DNA of 64,000 nt, taken from IMG/VR virus record IMGVR_UViG_3300043570_004127, positions 105,328 through 169,327 of that record. The stretch is one strand, 5' to 3'. Source of the stretch: a virus. The notes beneath the pieces are model-generated. The model saw only the letters and a list, made by a program, of their open reading frames with translations, searched no databases and was not told the origin of the DNA. Below are positions 1 through 8,300 of the stretch, piece after piece (positions within the stretch are counted from its first letter, which is position 1; each line of letters opens with the position of its first letter). Both the position numbers and the translations under genes were made by a program.

Positions 1-37
1 TGTAAACTTTGGTAAAACTTGTCCACAGTGAGGTTTT

Positions 38-217
38 ATGCCAACACCAAGCAATGCAACCGATAGCGAACTAACGCCTCCTACAAGAGCAAGAATTTTG
101 CCATCCCGAGACAGGAATCAGCGTCCTAGTTTTTTGCGTCGCGCTGCGGCTTCAGGCCTAAATCGTCTAGCTAATATTGTTTCGCCACAGCAGCGGCCAG
201 CCGCTGGCACAGCGTAA
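38..217 (+). CDS. Small hypothetical protein (59 aa, Arg/Pro-rich), absent from the ORF track
   Basis: ATG at 38 preceded by GAGG; open to TAA 215-217 (MPTPSNATDSELTPPTRARILPSRDRNQRPSFLRRAAASGLNRLANIVSPQQRPAAGTA); fills the gap before the neck gene. Confidence 0.55.
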   Translation: MPTPSNATDSELTPPTRARILPSRDRNQRPSFLRRAAASGLNRLANIVSPQQRPAAGTA

Positions 218-230
218 AAGGTAATTCTAC

Positions 231-1106
231 ATGCTCGATACAACGGAAATGCTCGTTTCCGACAATGACCTCAGCATATATATGGATATATCTTTTTCCA
301 TGCGTCAGAAGGACGCGGCGGAGTTTGTCCTAAAGGGTCTACAGATGGAATTAGAAGCTTACCTAGGTAGGCCGGTAAGGCCTCAGGATTTTACGGAGAG
401 CCATGTCATACCAAGCTCCTACGTTGGAATTCCTGCAACATCCTTCTTCTATGATTCAAGTCTTAACTCAACTGGGGAGAGCCTTAATTATTTAATGCCC
501 GCAATAAATATTTCCTTGAGGAATACTCCAGTTATTAAAGTGACAGAAGTTAAGTTTAGAAATATTGCTGCCCCATATCAATTAATGGGCGAAGCTGTGA
601 CCCGTACCTGCGACATAACCGCCGCTCAACAAACTTCTGCATCAGTAACATACACATCGACCGGACACAGTCTAACGGTTGGTCAAACAGTGTCGATTAA
701 AAACACAACTCCCTCAACATACAATCTTTCAAATAAACAGATAGTCTCCATAACATCAAATACTTTTACAGTTGCTGAAGTTGTTGGTTCGCTCGGTACT
801 TATGTTAGTGGTGGTGTTGCAACAGCAACAGGAAATGATTATGTCGTTCATCGTTACGGTCTTGAGCTTTTTAGGGGATTTGCCAACGATATAGTTGATG
901 TCACTTATCGCGGAGGCCTCGAAGGCGACATACAGGAAATGTTCAAGCTAATGATTCTTCGCGCTGCAACACGTGAAATGCAAAACATGCATGACGACGT
1001 TGTTGGTATAAAAGATTTGAATTCCAGGAACGTTGCTCCGCTTGAGACTGGATTCCTGGAAAAAGAACTAAATGCTATGAAAACTTACAGGCGAAGAAGA
1101 ATTTAA
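231..1106 (+). CDS. Head-tail adaptor/connector protein with an inserted beta-rich domain (start may be ATG 249)
   Basis: N-terminal MLVSDNDLSIYM...ELEAYLGR and C-terminal VDVTYRGG...ELNAMKTYRRRRI resemble gp6/gp15-type connectors; first gene of the neck-tail block. Confidence 0.7.
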   Translation: MLDTTEMLVSDNDLSIYMDISFSMRQKDAAEFVLKGLQMELEAYLGRPVRPQDFTESHVIPSSYVGIPATSFFYDSSLNSTGESLNYLMPAINISLRNTPVIKVTEVKFRNIAAPYQLMGEAVTRTCDITAAQQTSASVTYTSTGHSLTVGQTVSIKNTTPSTYNLSNKQIVSITSNTFTVAEVVGSLGTYVSGGVATATGNDYVVHRYGLELFRGFANDIVDVTYRGGLEGDIQEMFKLMILRAATREMQNMHDDVVGIKDLNSRNVAPLETGFLEKELNAMKTYRRRRI

Positions 1107-1567
1107 TGGCTGAAACAGAAATCAAAATCTCCACACGGGGACTGGGGTCGATGATTGCTAGCCTAGAAAAAAAAATAGTTAGAGCACAGGATTTTGCTCC
1201 AATTTTTCCAAAGGCAAAGGCAGAAATTGCTTTATCAACTGCCGCAAACTTTACATCCAATGGTCTCTTGGTTGGCGGGTGGTCTCCTCTTGACGCACAG
1301 TACGGCGCCTGGAAGATGACTCGTTTTCCCGGAGCACCACCAATGGTTCGTACTGGAAGATTGTTTGCAAGTTTGACATCTCAGAATATGGCGTCTGTAA
1401 ACATTGCCCCAAAATCATTTACCATTGGGACAAACGTCGAGTATGCAAAGTTTCACCAATATGGAACTTCCAAAATGGCAAAGAGAAAAATACTTTTTGT
1501 TCCTGCGGAGTTTTCTGCAAAGTTTGCAAACGATGCCGCCAAATGGGTTAACTCAGGAAACATCTAA
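1106..1567 (+). CDS. Phage virion morphogenesis / tail completion protein (Mu gpG/P2 gpS-like)
   Basis: Motifs MVRTGRLFASL and GTNVEYAKFHQYGTSKMAKRKIL; position between adaptor and terminator. Confidence 0.8.
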   Translation: MAETEIKISTRGLGSMIASLEKKIVRAQDFAPIFPKAKAEIALSTAANFTSNGLLVGGWSPLDAQYGAWKMTRFPGAPPMVRTGRLFASLTSQNMASVNIAPKSFTIGTNVEYAKFHQYGTSKMAKRKILFVPAEFSAKFANDAAKWVNSGNI

Positions 1568-2214
1568 TGGAACCAGCCGAGTTGATGTATGGGGCTCAGT
1601 TTGCAAAAAAGTTTGTAACCGACTACCTAAAAACCGATATCCCAAATCGATTGGTCATGTACAGAAACGGCTGGAACCTTGACGACATTGTTCTACCCAA
1701 TCCTGAATCATATTTGACATATGAGCCTCTTGCCCTTGATGCGTGGCCCACGATAATTACAGTGGTTCTTTCAACCAAGACCTTCGATAGGCGTGGTTTT
1801 GCAAATGGCCTAGACCCTCTTTATAGAGTTGTATACGGTATGAGAACATACGTATGGGTCCGCACGGAGGGTTCTGAGCAGACAACCGATATGCGCGACA
1901 GATTGACCACCGTTGTCCGCTCCGCACTCCTTGACTACCCGTGCCTTCAGAGGGATGGGGCTGACAGGGAGGCAATGATTGACGAATCTACGGTTGGCGA
2001 AGAATTTTCGGATTTAACCCTTCTCAAAGGTGACAGAGTTCTTGCGGGAGCATATATCGCCTACGACCTAGCAATAGACGAAGTCATAGCCAGACAGAAT
2101 ATTGCCGATGAAGTGACGAGATTTGAATTTGAGGTGGGACAAAACCCACTCTCTACGGCGATTTCCGGAATCACAAACTTTGACGGAACTCCGGTTTCTA
2201 TATCTGCAGACTGA
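1567..2214 (+). CDS. Putative tail terminator / neck protein
   Basis: Synteny upstream of the sheath; size; translational coupling to the previous gene. Confidence 0.55.
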   Translation: MEPAELMYGAQFAKKFVTDYLKTDIPNRLVMYRNGWNLDDIVLPNPESYLTYEPLALDAWPTIITVVLSTKTFDRRGFANGLDPLYRVVYGMRTYVWVRTEGSEQTTDMRDRLTTVVRSALLDYPCLQRDGADREAMIDESTVGEEFSDLTLLKGDRVLAGAYIAYDLAIDEVIARQNIADEVTRFEFEVGQNPLSTAISGITNFDGTPVSISAD

Positions 2215-2215
2215 C

Positions 2216-2581
2216 ATGGACGATAGTTTCTTTCAACCACTAGACAACTATACAGAAAAACTGGATAGCTCATATTCCGACTGCGTCCAAATACAGAATT
2301 TATCTGGGGGAATACTTCAGGCCGTAGAGGGCATTTATATGAGAAACTATTCATTCGGACTTGTTTCTAAAAGCAACAAGAATATCGAAAAGTTTTTAAA
2401 GCAAAGAAAAATAAAAGTCTATGAATTCTCTGTGGTGAAAGCTGCAAAGAAAAAGAAAACTGAAGAAAAAAAGAAGATTGAGATGCCCCCAGCAGAAAAA
2501 TCAGGACAAAGCATTGACATCGGTAATTTAACAGCACTATTTACCAAAGAAGAAAGCAACAAAAATCAAGACGAGATTTAA
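2216..2581 (+). CDS. Hypothetical Lys-rich protein
   Basis: ATG at 2216 immediately after the previous stop (the track start at 2123 overlaps the upstream gene). Confidence 0.55.
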   Translation: MDDSFFQPLDNYTEKLDSSYSDCVQIQNLSGGILQAVEGIYMRNYSFGLVSKSNKNIEKFLKQRKIKVYEFSVVKAAKKKKTEEKKKIEMPPAEKSGQSIDIGNLTALFTKEESNKNQDEI

Positions 2582-2681
2582 GCGTTCCGGTTAAAACGTA
2601 CGCCAAAATCAAGCTGCGAGTAGTTATACTCTCAGTAGTCTCATAACAAATAGTTCCGATTTAAATGGGACGGAGGAAACA

Positions 2682-4142
2682 ATGCCAGGCATAATTGTAA
2701 CCACATCAGTTCGTACGGGTCCAACAAACACTCAGACAGCAGCGACCGCGACAATGTTCGTAGTCGGTGTAACAGAGCGCGGGCCAGATGGCACCTCGCA
2801 TCTTGTTACCAGCATCTCTGACTTCCAAGATATTTTTGGTGGTTACGTTTCGGATGGCTGGACATACCAAACTATTGAAACATTCTTCGAAGAAGGTGGC
2901 GCACGTGCATACGTGTCACGTGTCGTCGATGAAAGCGCAGTAGAGGCAAGTATCGATTTGTCGGTTTCGGGCAGCGTTGCTGTAAGCCTTTTGGCATCAG
3001 GAACCGGAACATGGGCAAACACATCAGCCCTTGGTGGGTTGACCGCGCAAGTGACGCACCCATCTGCTACGACTTTCAAGGTATTGATTGCTCTGAATGG
3101 AACACAAGTTTTCGCCAGTCAGTCACACACATCGATTGCAAACTTTGTCGAGGAAATAAACAACAACTCAACCGCAGCCTTGTACCTGACAGCTTCTGCT
3201 GGAACTACAACCACTAGACCTGCGGTAATGGCTGCAACAGCTTTCTCTGGTGGAACAAACGGTTCAGCACTTGTTGATGCAGATGTTGTAACAGCGCTTA
3301 ACACTTTTACATCGAACCTTGGACCAGGCTCTGTCTGTGCTCCAGGATTCACATCGACAGCAGTTCGTACTGCCCTTCTCGACCATGCAGAAGATAACAA
3401 CCGTATCGCGCTCATGGGATTTGACAAGGAAGACACGGCTTCACAGGCAATCGCGGACGTGACTGATTTCTCGGGTCTGGCAAATGCCCAGTTTGGTGCA
3501 TTCTTCTACCCATGGGTAAAGATTCCAAACGGAACTCTCACTTCGGTGATTCCACCAGAGGGATACGTCGCTGGAAAACGCGCACAGGTGCAAAATCAGT
3601 TCGGTGCATGGAATCCGTACGCTGGCGAAAGAACAGAATCAGATTTCGTAACCGGGCTTTATACATCGCTTTCGAAGTCCGAGGCTGACGCGCTCGATGC
3701 CGGTTTCGTTAACCCAATCAGAGTAATTAACGGCACCGTACGTGTTTATGGTGCTCGTTCGGCCTCTGATGACACCGACAACTACAGATTCATCATGGCT
3801 CGCGAAGTTCTTAACCAGATTACGTACGAAGCAGAACAGGCTCTTGAAGCACTGTTGTTCTTGCCAATCGACGGACGTCGGTCAACTTTCTCGCGAGTTG
3901 CTGCAACGCTCACCGCAATCATGGACAGAATCCGCATTGGCGGTGGCCTCTATGAAGCATTCGGTGCAGATGGAAAACAAATCGACCCTGGCTACACAGT
4001 TCAGGTTAATGAAGCGAACAACCCGCTTACCCAGCTTGCAACTGGTGTCATCAAGGCGAAAGTTGGAGCAAGAGTCTCCTCGATTGGTGACACAATTGAA
4101 GTAGAAATTACAAAGTCCAATCTAACGGCGACGTTGGTATAG
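2682..4142 (+). CDS. Contractile tail sheath protein
   Basis: MPGIIV start, VGVTERGP, FFEEGGARAYVSRV, FFYPWVKI, PPEGYVAG, VNPIRVING.VRVYGARS; SD GGAGG. Confidence 0.95.
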   Translation: MPGIIVTTSVRTGPTNTQTAATATMFVVGVTERGPDGTSHLVTSISDFQDIFGGYVSDGWTYQTIETFFEEGGARAYVSRVVDESAVEASIDLSVSGSVAVSLLASGTGTWANTSALGGLTAQVTHPSATTFKVLIALNGTQVFASQSHTSIANFVEEINNNSTAALYLTASAGTTTTRPAVMAATAFSGGTNGSALVDADVVTALNTFTSNLGPGSVCAPGFTSTAVRTALLDHAEDNNRIALMGFDKEDTASQAIADVTDFSGLANAQFGAFFYPWVKIPNGTLTSVIPPEGYVAGKRAQVQNQFGAWNPYAGERTESDFVTGLYTSLSKSEADALDAGFVNPIRVINGTVRVYGARSASDDTDNYRFIMAREVLNQITYEAEQALEALLFLPIDGRRSTFSRVAATLTAIMDRIRIGGGLYEAFGADGKQIDPGYTVQVNEANNPLTQLATGVIKAKVGARVSSIGDTIEVEITKSNLTATLV

Positions 4143-4158
4143 GTTCACGGAGGAATAT

Positions 4159-4605
4159 ATGGCATCAGGTAAATTAGCTCAGAGGCAAATAATTGCCGAA
4201 ATCACACCCCTTGCGGGTGGTGACGTAGTGGGTCCAGCCCTTTCCGGATACTTTGCACAGGTATCTGGTGGCGAAATCACGGCCGCCGTTGAAAAGATTT
4301 ACGTCGGTGGAACACCGTTCCCCGAAGTACTTTGCGCCCCTTCAGAAGTCGGCGACATGACCCTCACTAGGCATTACGATACAGACCTTCGAACCATCAT
4401 GAAGGACCTCCGCCTTGTTGTCGGTCGTGCGTACTACGAATTGAAGATTTACGACACAGACTGCGACCTTAAAAACTCACAGTCAGAGCGCATTTATTCC
4501 AAGGTTCTTTTGACGGGTCTTTCGGAACCAGAAGGTGATGCATCAAGCGGTGCACCAGCAACCATCGCGTTGACCTTCGCTGTTTCTGGCGCTCCAACTC
4601 AATAA
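4159..4605 (+). CDS. Tail tube protein
   Basis: 148 aa directly after the sheath; FAQVSGGEI, GDMTLTRHYD, C-terminal ATIALTFAV; SD GGAGG. Confidence 0.85.
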   Translation: MASGKLAQRQIIAEITPLAGGDVVGPALSGYFAQVSGGEITAAVEKIYVGGTPFPEVLCAPSEVGDMTLTRHYDTDLRTIMKDLRLVVGRAYYELKIYDTDCDLKNSQSERIYSKVLLTGLSEPEGDASSGAPATIALTFAVSGAPTQ

Positions 4606-4652
4606 GTATTGACATCCGCCACTAAGGGCATAGCCCTGATAGTGTTGCGGCC

Positions 4653-5162
4653 ATGACAAACTTCTACCAAGAACAAAACGAACTGTCCAAGCCTGCTCCA
4701 TCTTTCGACGGAGCTGACGAAAATGTGCTTGACGCACTTAAAGCTGTTATCTCCAAAAAGGTACAGCGGAACGAAATATTCATCAACGTTCCAGAGCGTC
4801 CGGGCGTCACACTGTTGATTAGTCCGAATATCACGCAGAACCAAATCAAAGCGTGGCAAAAGAATTCCGGCTCGGAGTCCAAGAACGGTATTGATGCAAC
4901 CAAGTTTGCATGTCAAGTCATTGGTCATACAACAAAAGGCATCTTCCTCAATGGCGAAGAAGTCCTTGAAGATGGCAAGTCGCTCGGCTTTGCATCTCCA
5001 GCCGTACTCAAGATGACTGGTGCTGCACGCGCACTCCCAGATGGTGTTCAAATGTTTTTCGGTCTCGACCCACACGTCGAGTCTGCTGCTCTTGCAATCA
5101 TTGATGCTGCAGGTTACGGTGACACCGTAGAACAGCAAGAAAACCCCTCGAATCAGTCCTAG
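4653..5162 (+). CDS. Tail assembly chaperone (short form)
   Basis: Between tube and tape measure; ends ...EQQENPSNQS with GAA AAC CCC near the stop. Confidence 0.8.
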   Translation: MTNFYQEQNELSKPAPSFDGADENVLDALKAVISKKVQRNEIFINVPERPGVTLLISPNITQNQIKAWQKNSGSESKNGIDATKFACQVIGHTTKGIFLNGEEVLEDGKSLGFASPAVLKMTGAARALPDGVQMFFGLDPHVESAALAIIDAAGYGDTVEQQENPSNQS

Positions 5163-5338
5163 AAGAATTAAGCGAAGACACGCGCATTCAGACGGCTGCG
5201 CGTCTAGGTGAGGTTTTCGGTACAGACCCAATAAAACTACTCAATTGCTCGTTCGAGGAATGGGTAATTAGGCTTGCTTGTGCTAAAGTTGTTCAAGAAG
5301 ACCGCGAGGCAGCCGAGAGAAAATCTAACGGCTTCTAG
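5144..5338 (+). CDS. Tail assembly chaperone -1 frameshift extension (lambda gpGT-like)
   Basis: The -1 frame is open from 5123 to TAG 5336-5338 with no ATG/GTG/TTG start; encodes PLESVLEELSEDTRIQTAARLGEVFGTDPIKLLNCSFEEWVIRLACAKVVQEDREAAERKSNGF. Confidence 0.75.
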   Translation, partial: PLESVLEELSEDTRIQTAARLGEVFGTDPIKLLNCSFEEWVIRLACAKVVQEDREAAERKSNGF

Positions 5339-5373
5339 TGTGTCGCAGATATTTATCTAAGGCATAAGAGACT

Positions 5374-8300
5374 ATGGCAGCTGACGAACGCGCAACGATA
5401 ACTATTGACGTAGACGTCAAAAATCTGAATAGGCTTCAGCAGGTTACCGCTGCGCTTGAAGCAATGGGCGTCGCATCCGAAGTAAACGCCGCTAAGTTCG
5501 GCAATCTTACGGGAGCAATGACTGGTCACTCAAGGGCATCAAATAAAGCATCAAAAGATTCACAAAGACTATACGAGAAAATAAGCATACTCGACAAAGT
5601 AAGCATGCAATTTACTAAACAAGCGCGAAAGTTGATGCTTGGAGTAATGGCTATGAGCATTGAATTCGGCGTATCTGCTCTCGCCTTGGCCTCAGTCAAC
5701 GCACTGTTCGTTATAGGAAAAGTTCTTGTAAAGAGCTATCAACTTGCAATGCAGGGACTGGCCGCAGGTCTCGCATCGGTTGGCGTTGCCGCTATTGCCG
5801 CCGCCGCTGCGTTTAGCGAAATGCAAACAGCTCAATTCGCATTTAGATACTCGAGCGATTCAACGACTAATTCAATGGATAAATCCTCGCTCGCGCTCAG
5901 AGGTTTATACAAGGACACTCAGTTAAACATCTACGGCATGAAAGCTCTTTCTGCAGCATTTGCTGGAGTGAGCAAGAATTCTACGTTTACTGCTGGTTCG
6001 CAAAAGATGCTCCAGGGTTTTTCAGATTTTATTGCATCAAGTGGTGACCCAACGAAAGCGATGCAGGCAGCAGCTAATGCTATTGGTTTAATCCAGAAAA
6101 AACAAACTGGAACGTCAAAGCAGATGTCCACAGAAGCAATTAATGCAATCAAACAAATAAACCCAGCTTTGGCTGATTTGGCCAAAAAGGGTGGTGGTGG
6201 ATTTGGCAATAAAGATAAATTTATTGAGGCTTTGCTTGATGGTTCACTTGCAGAAAAATCTGGTGTTGCTGGTGCTGCATCCAATGTTGCCGGAACACTT
6301 TTCGCCCAATTCAAAAGCTACCTAACAAGTTCTTTTGTTGAATTAGCAGATGTTGGTAAGCGTGTGCTTGAACCAGTCAAGAAGGCAATGCATGCAATAT
6401 TTACTAGCTTGACCAAGAATTTTAGACGGATTAGTTCTGACCTTGTAGCTTTTGGTCAAGGACCATTCCTCAAGTCACTCGTTACTGCTGTTGACAAGCT
6501 CGGCGAGTTTGCAGTCATGCTTATCAGGAAGGTCCTTCCCACAACTGAGGGTTTCTCTAAAAGGATAAGCGGAATCTTTTATCAGTTACAAAGATATTTT
6601 TATCAGGTTACAACATCGTTGGACAAAATGCGTGACGGTGGGACCATTGTTATCAAAACTTTTGGTGAACCAATACTCGAAATATTTAAACAGATTGGTA
6701 AAAGTGCTCGAAACATCGGGGAGCTAGCGGTGAAGCACAAGGATAGCTTCCTTAAATTCGGAGAAGCCCTAAAAAATATTGTTGTTGGATTTTTTGATTT
6801 ATCAAAAACTTTTAAAGAAGCATTTACTGGAGCCTTGCCGGTTATCACAACCGTCCTTAACGCTATTGCAAAAATAGTTTCGGCGGTGAACAAAGTTTTT
6901 GGAATGCTAACGGGTCCCAACAACCCAATAGGTTCTGCTATAGGAATATTCGCAATGGGCGGAATGGCGCTTAAAGGTACCAGAGCTGCACAAAGGAAAA
7001 GGAGATATTCGGGAAGTGGTGGTGGTGGTATTCCTGGATACAACGAAGTCAGCGAAATGGACTGGGCTGCTAGAGGACTGCCAATGCCCAGCAATGCAAG
7101 CGGAGCAGCAACCGCAGCAGGTGGTGGAACATCCCTAAGCGGTGCAATGGCCGTAGCCGCAAGTGCTGCATCAGAAGCTCTAACAACAGGTCTTGCCCCT
7201 GGAATAGGTTCTGTTACTGGTGCTTCCAATGCAGCTGCAACAGCATTAAACAAACTCGCAACCACGGCAAGCGGAGCATCAATGAAGGGCGGCATGAAGG
7301 GTGGGTCGGTCGATGACTATGGATACATCGAAAAGATGCCTACGCGTTTGCCTGGACAATCACAAGCCGACTACATGCGAGATAGAACAAGATACATAAT
7401 GAATAATAGGGGCGACGACTTACGTGACCTTGAATCTCGCGGTCCCCTATACGAACCATTGATTGCACCAGATGGACGAGTTGGTAGTGGAGGAGGGAGA
7501 ACTCCACAAATAAACCGCGGTCAAAGATATGACTCATTTGGATTACCAATTGCTGGGGGCGCAGCGACAACCAGAGAGCAATACAAATCTCAACGGTTTG
7601 ATATAAGCAAAAAATCAGATGCTTTTGCACGCTTACTGGGTTATAGCGACACTACCGCTGGACGCGCAGCTGACAGCCTGTGGAATTCGCCCGAATTTTT
7701 GAACTCTGCAGCTCAAGACAGTATGACCAGAAGTCAAAAATTGATGTCATTTTTACGTCCTAAGGGCAAGAGGGCATCTGACCTATATGCGGAAACTAAA
7801 GGTGGTCTGAAATCATTTTTGCCAAACACGGGCGCAACGATGAAAGGTCAGGCTCTACAAGTAAAAGACACCTTAAAGAATTCCCCACAAGCGCTTAAGT
7901 CATTTTGGAGAGGTTCTGGTGGCGGGATAACTGGAGCAATGTCAGGTGGCGGCACAACTGGTGCATCTGCGGCCGCTGGTGGAGGTCGAGTGATTAATGC
8001 TGGTCCAGGAAGTATCAGGGACATTGGACTGAAGGGGAAGCTTGGATACTTGGGAGGTAGAACCTTATTTGGTCAAGGGTATAAAGGCGGAACCTTCGGT
8101 ACAGAACTGAAGAATTTGGTCACCGGCAAGAACATGAGAGACCGTTATCAAATGTCTCTAGCTAATCAGCAAGCTGTTTTTGCGAAGAATAATCCAGAAG
8201 CCGCTGCAGCAGGCGTAAAGATGCAGGGCAGCAGACTGAAGGCAATGAAGGCTGCAACAAAAGCAAATCTCAGCGGCCTTGGTGGTATGGGTGCAATGGC

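Noticed and set aside
1167-1175. A9 homopolymer as a phase-variation or frameshift site
   Set aside because: The ORF is intact and of normal length; no alternative frame product is evident
4609-4645. Canonical -35/-10 promoter using TTGACA at 4609
   Set aside because: The spacer to the TAGTGT hexamer is 25 bp; only the -10/leaderless geometry is retained
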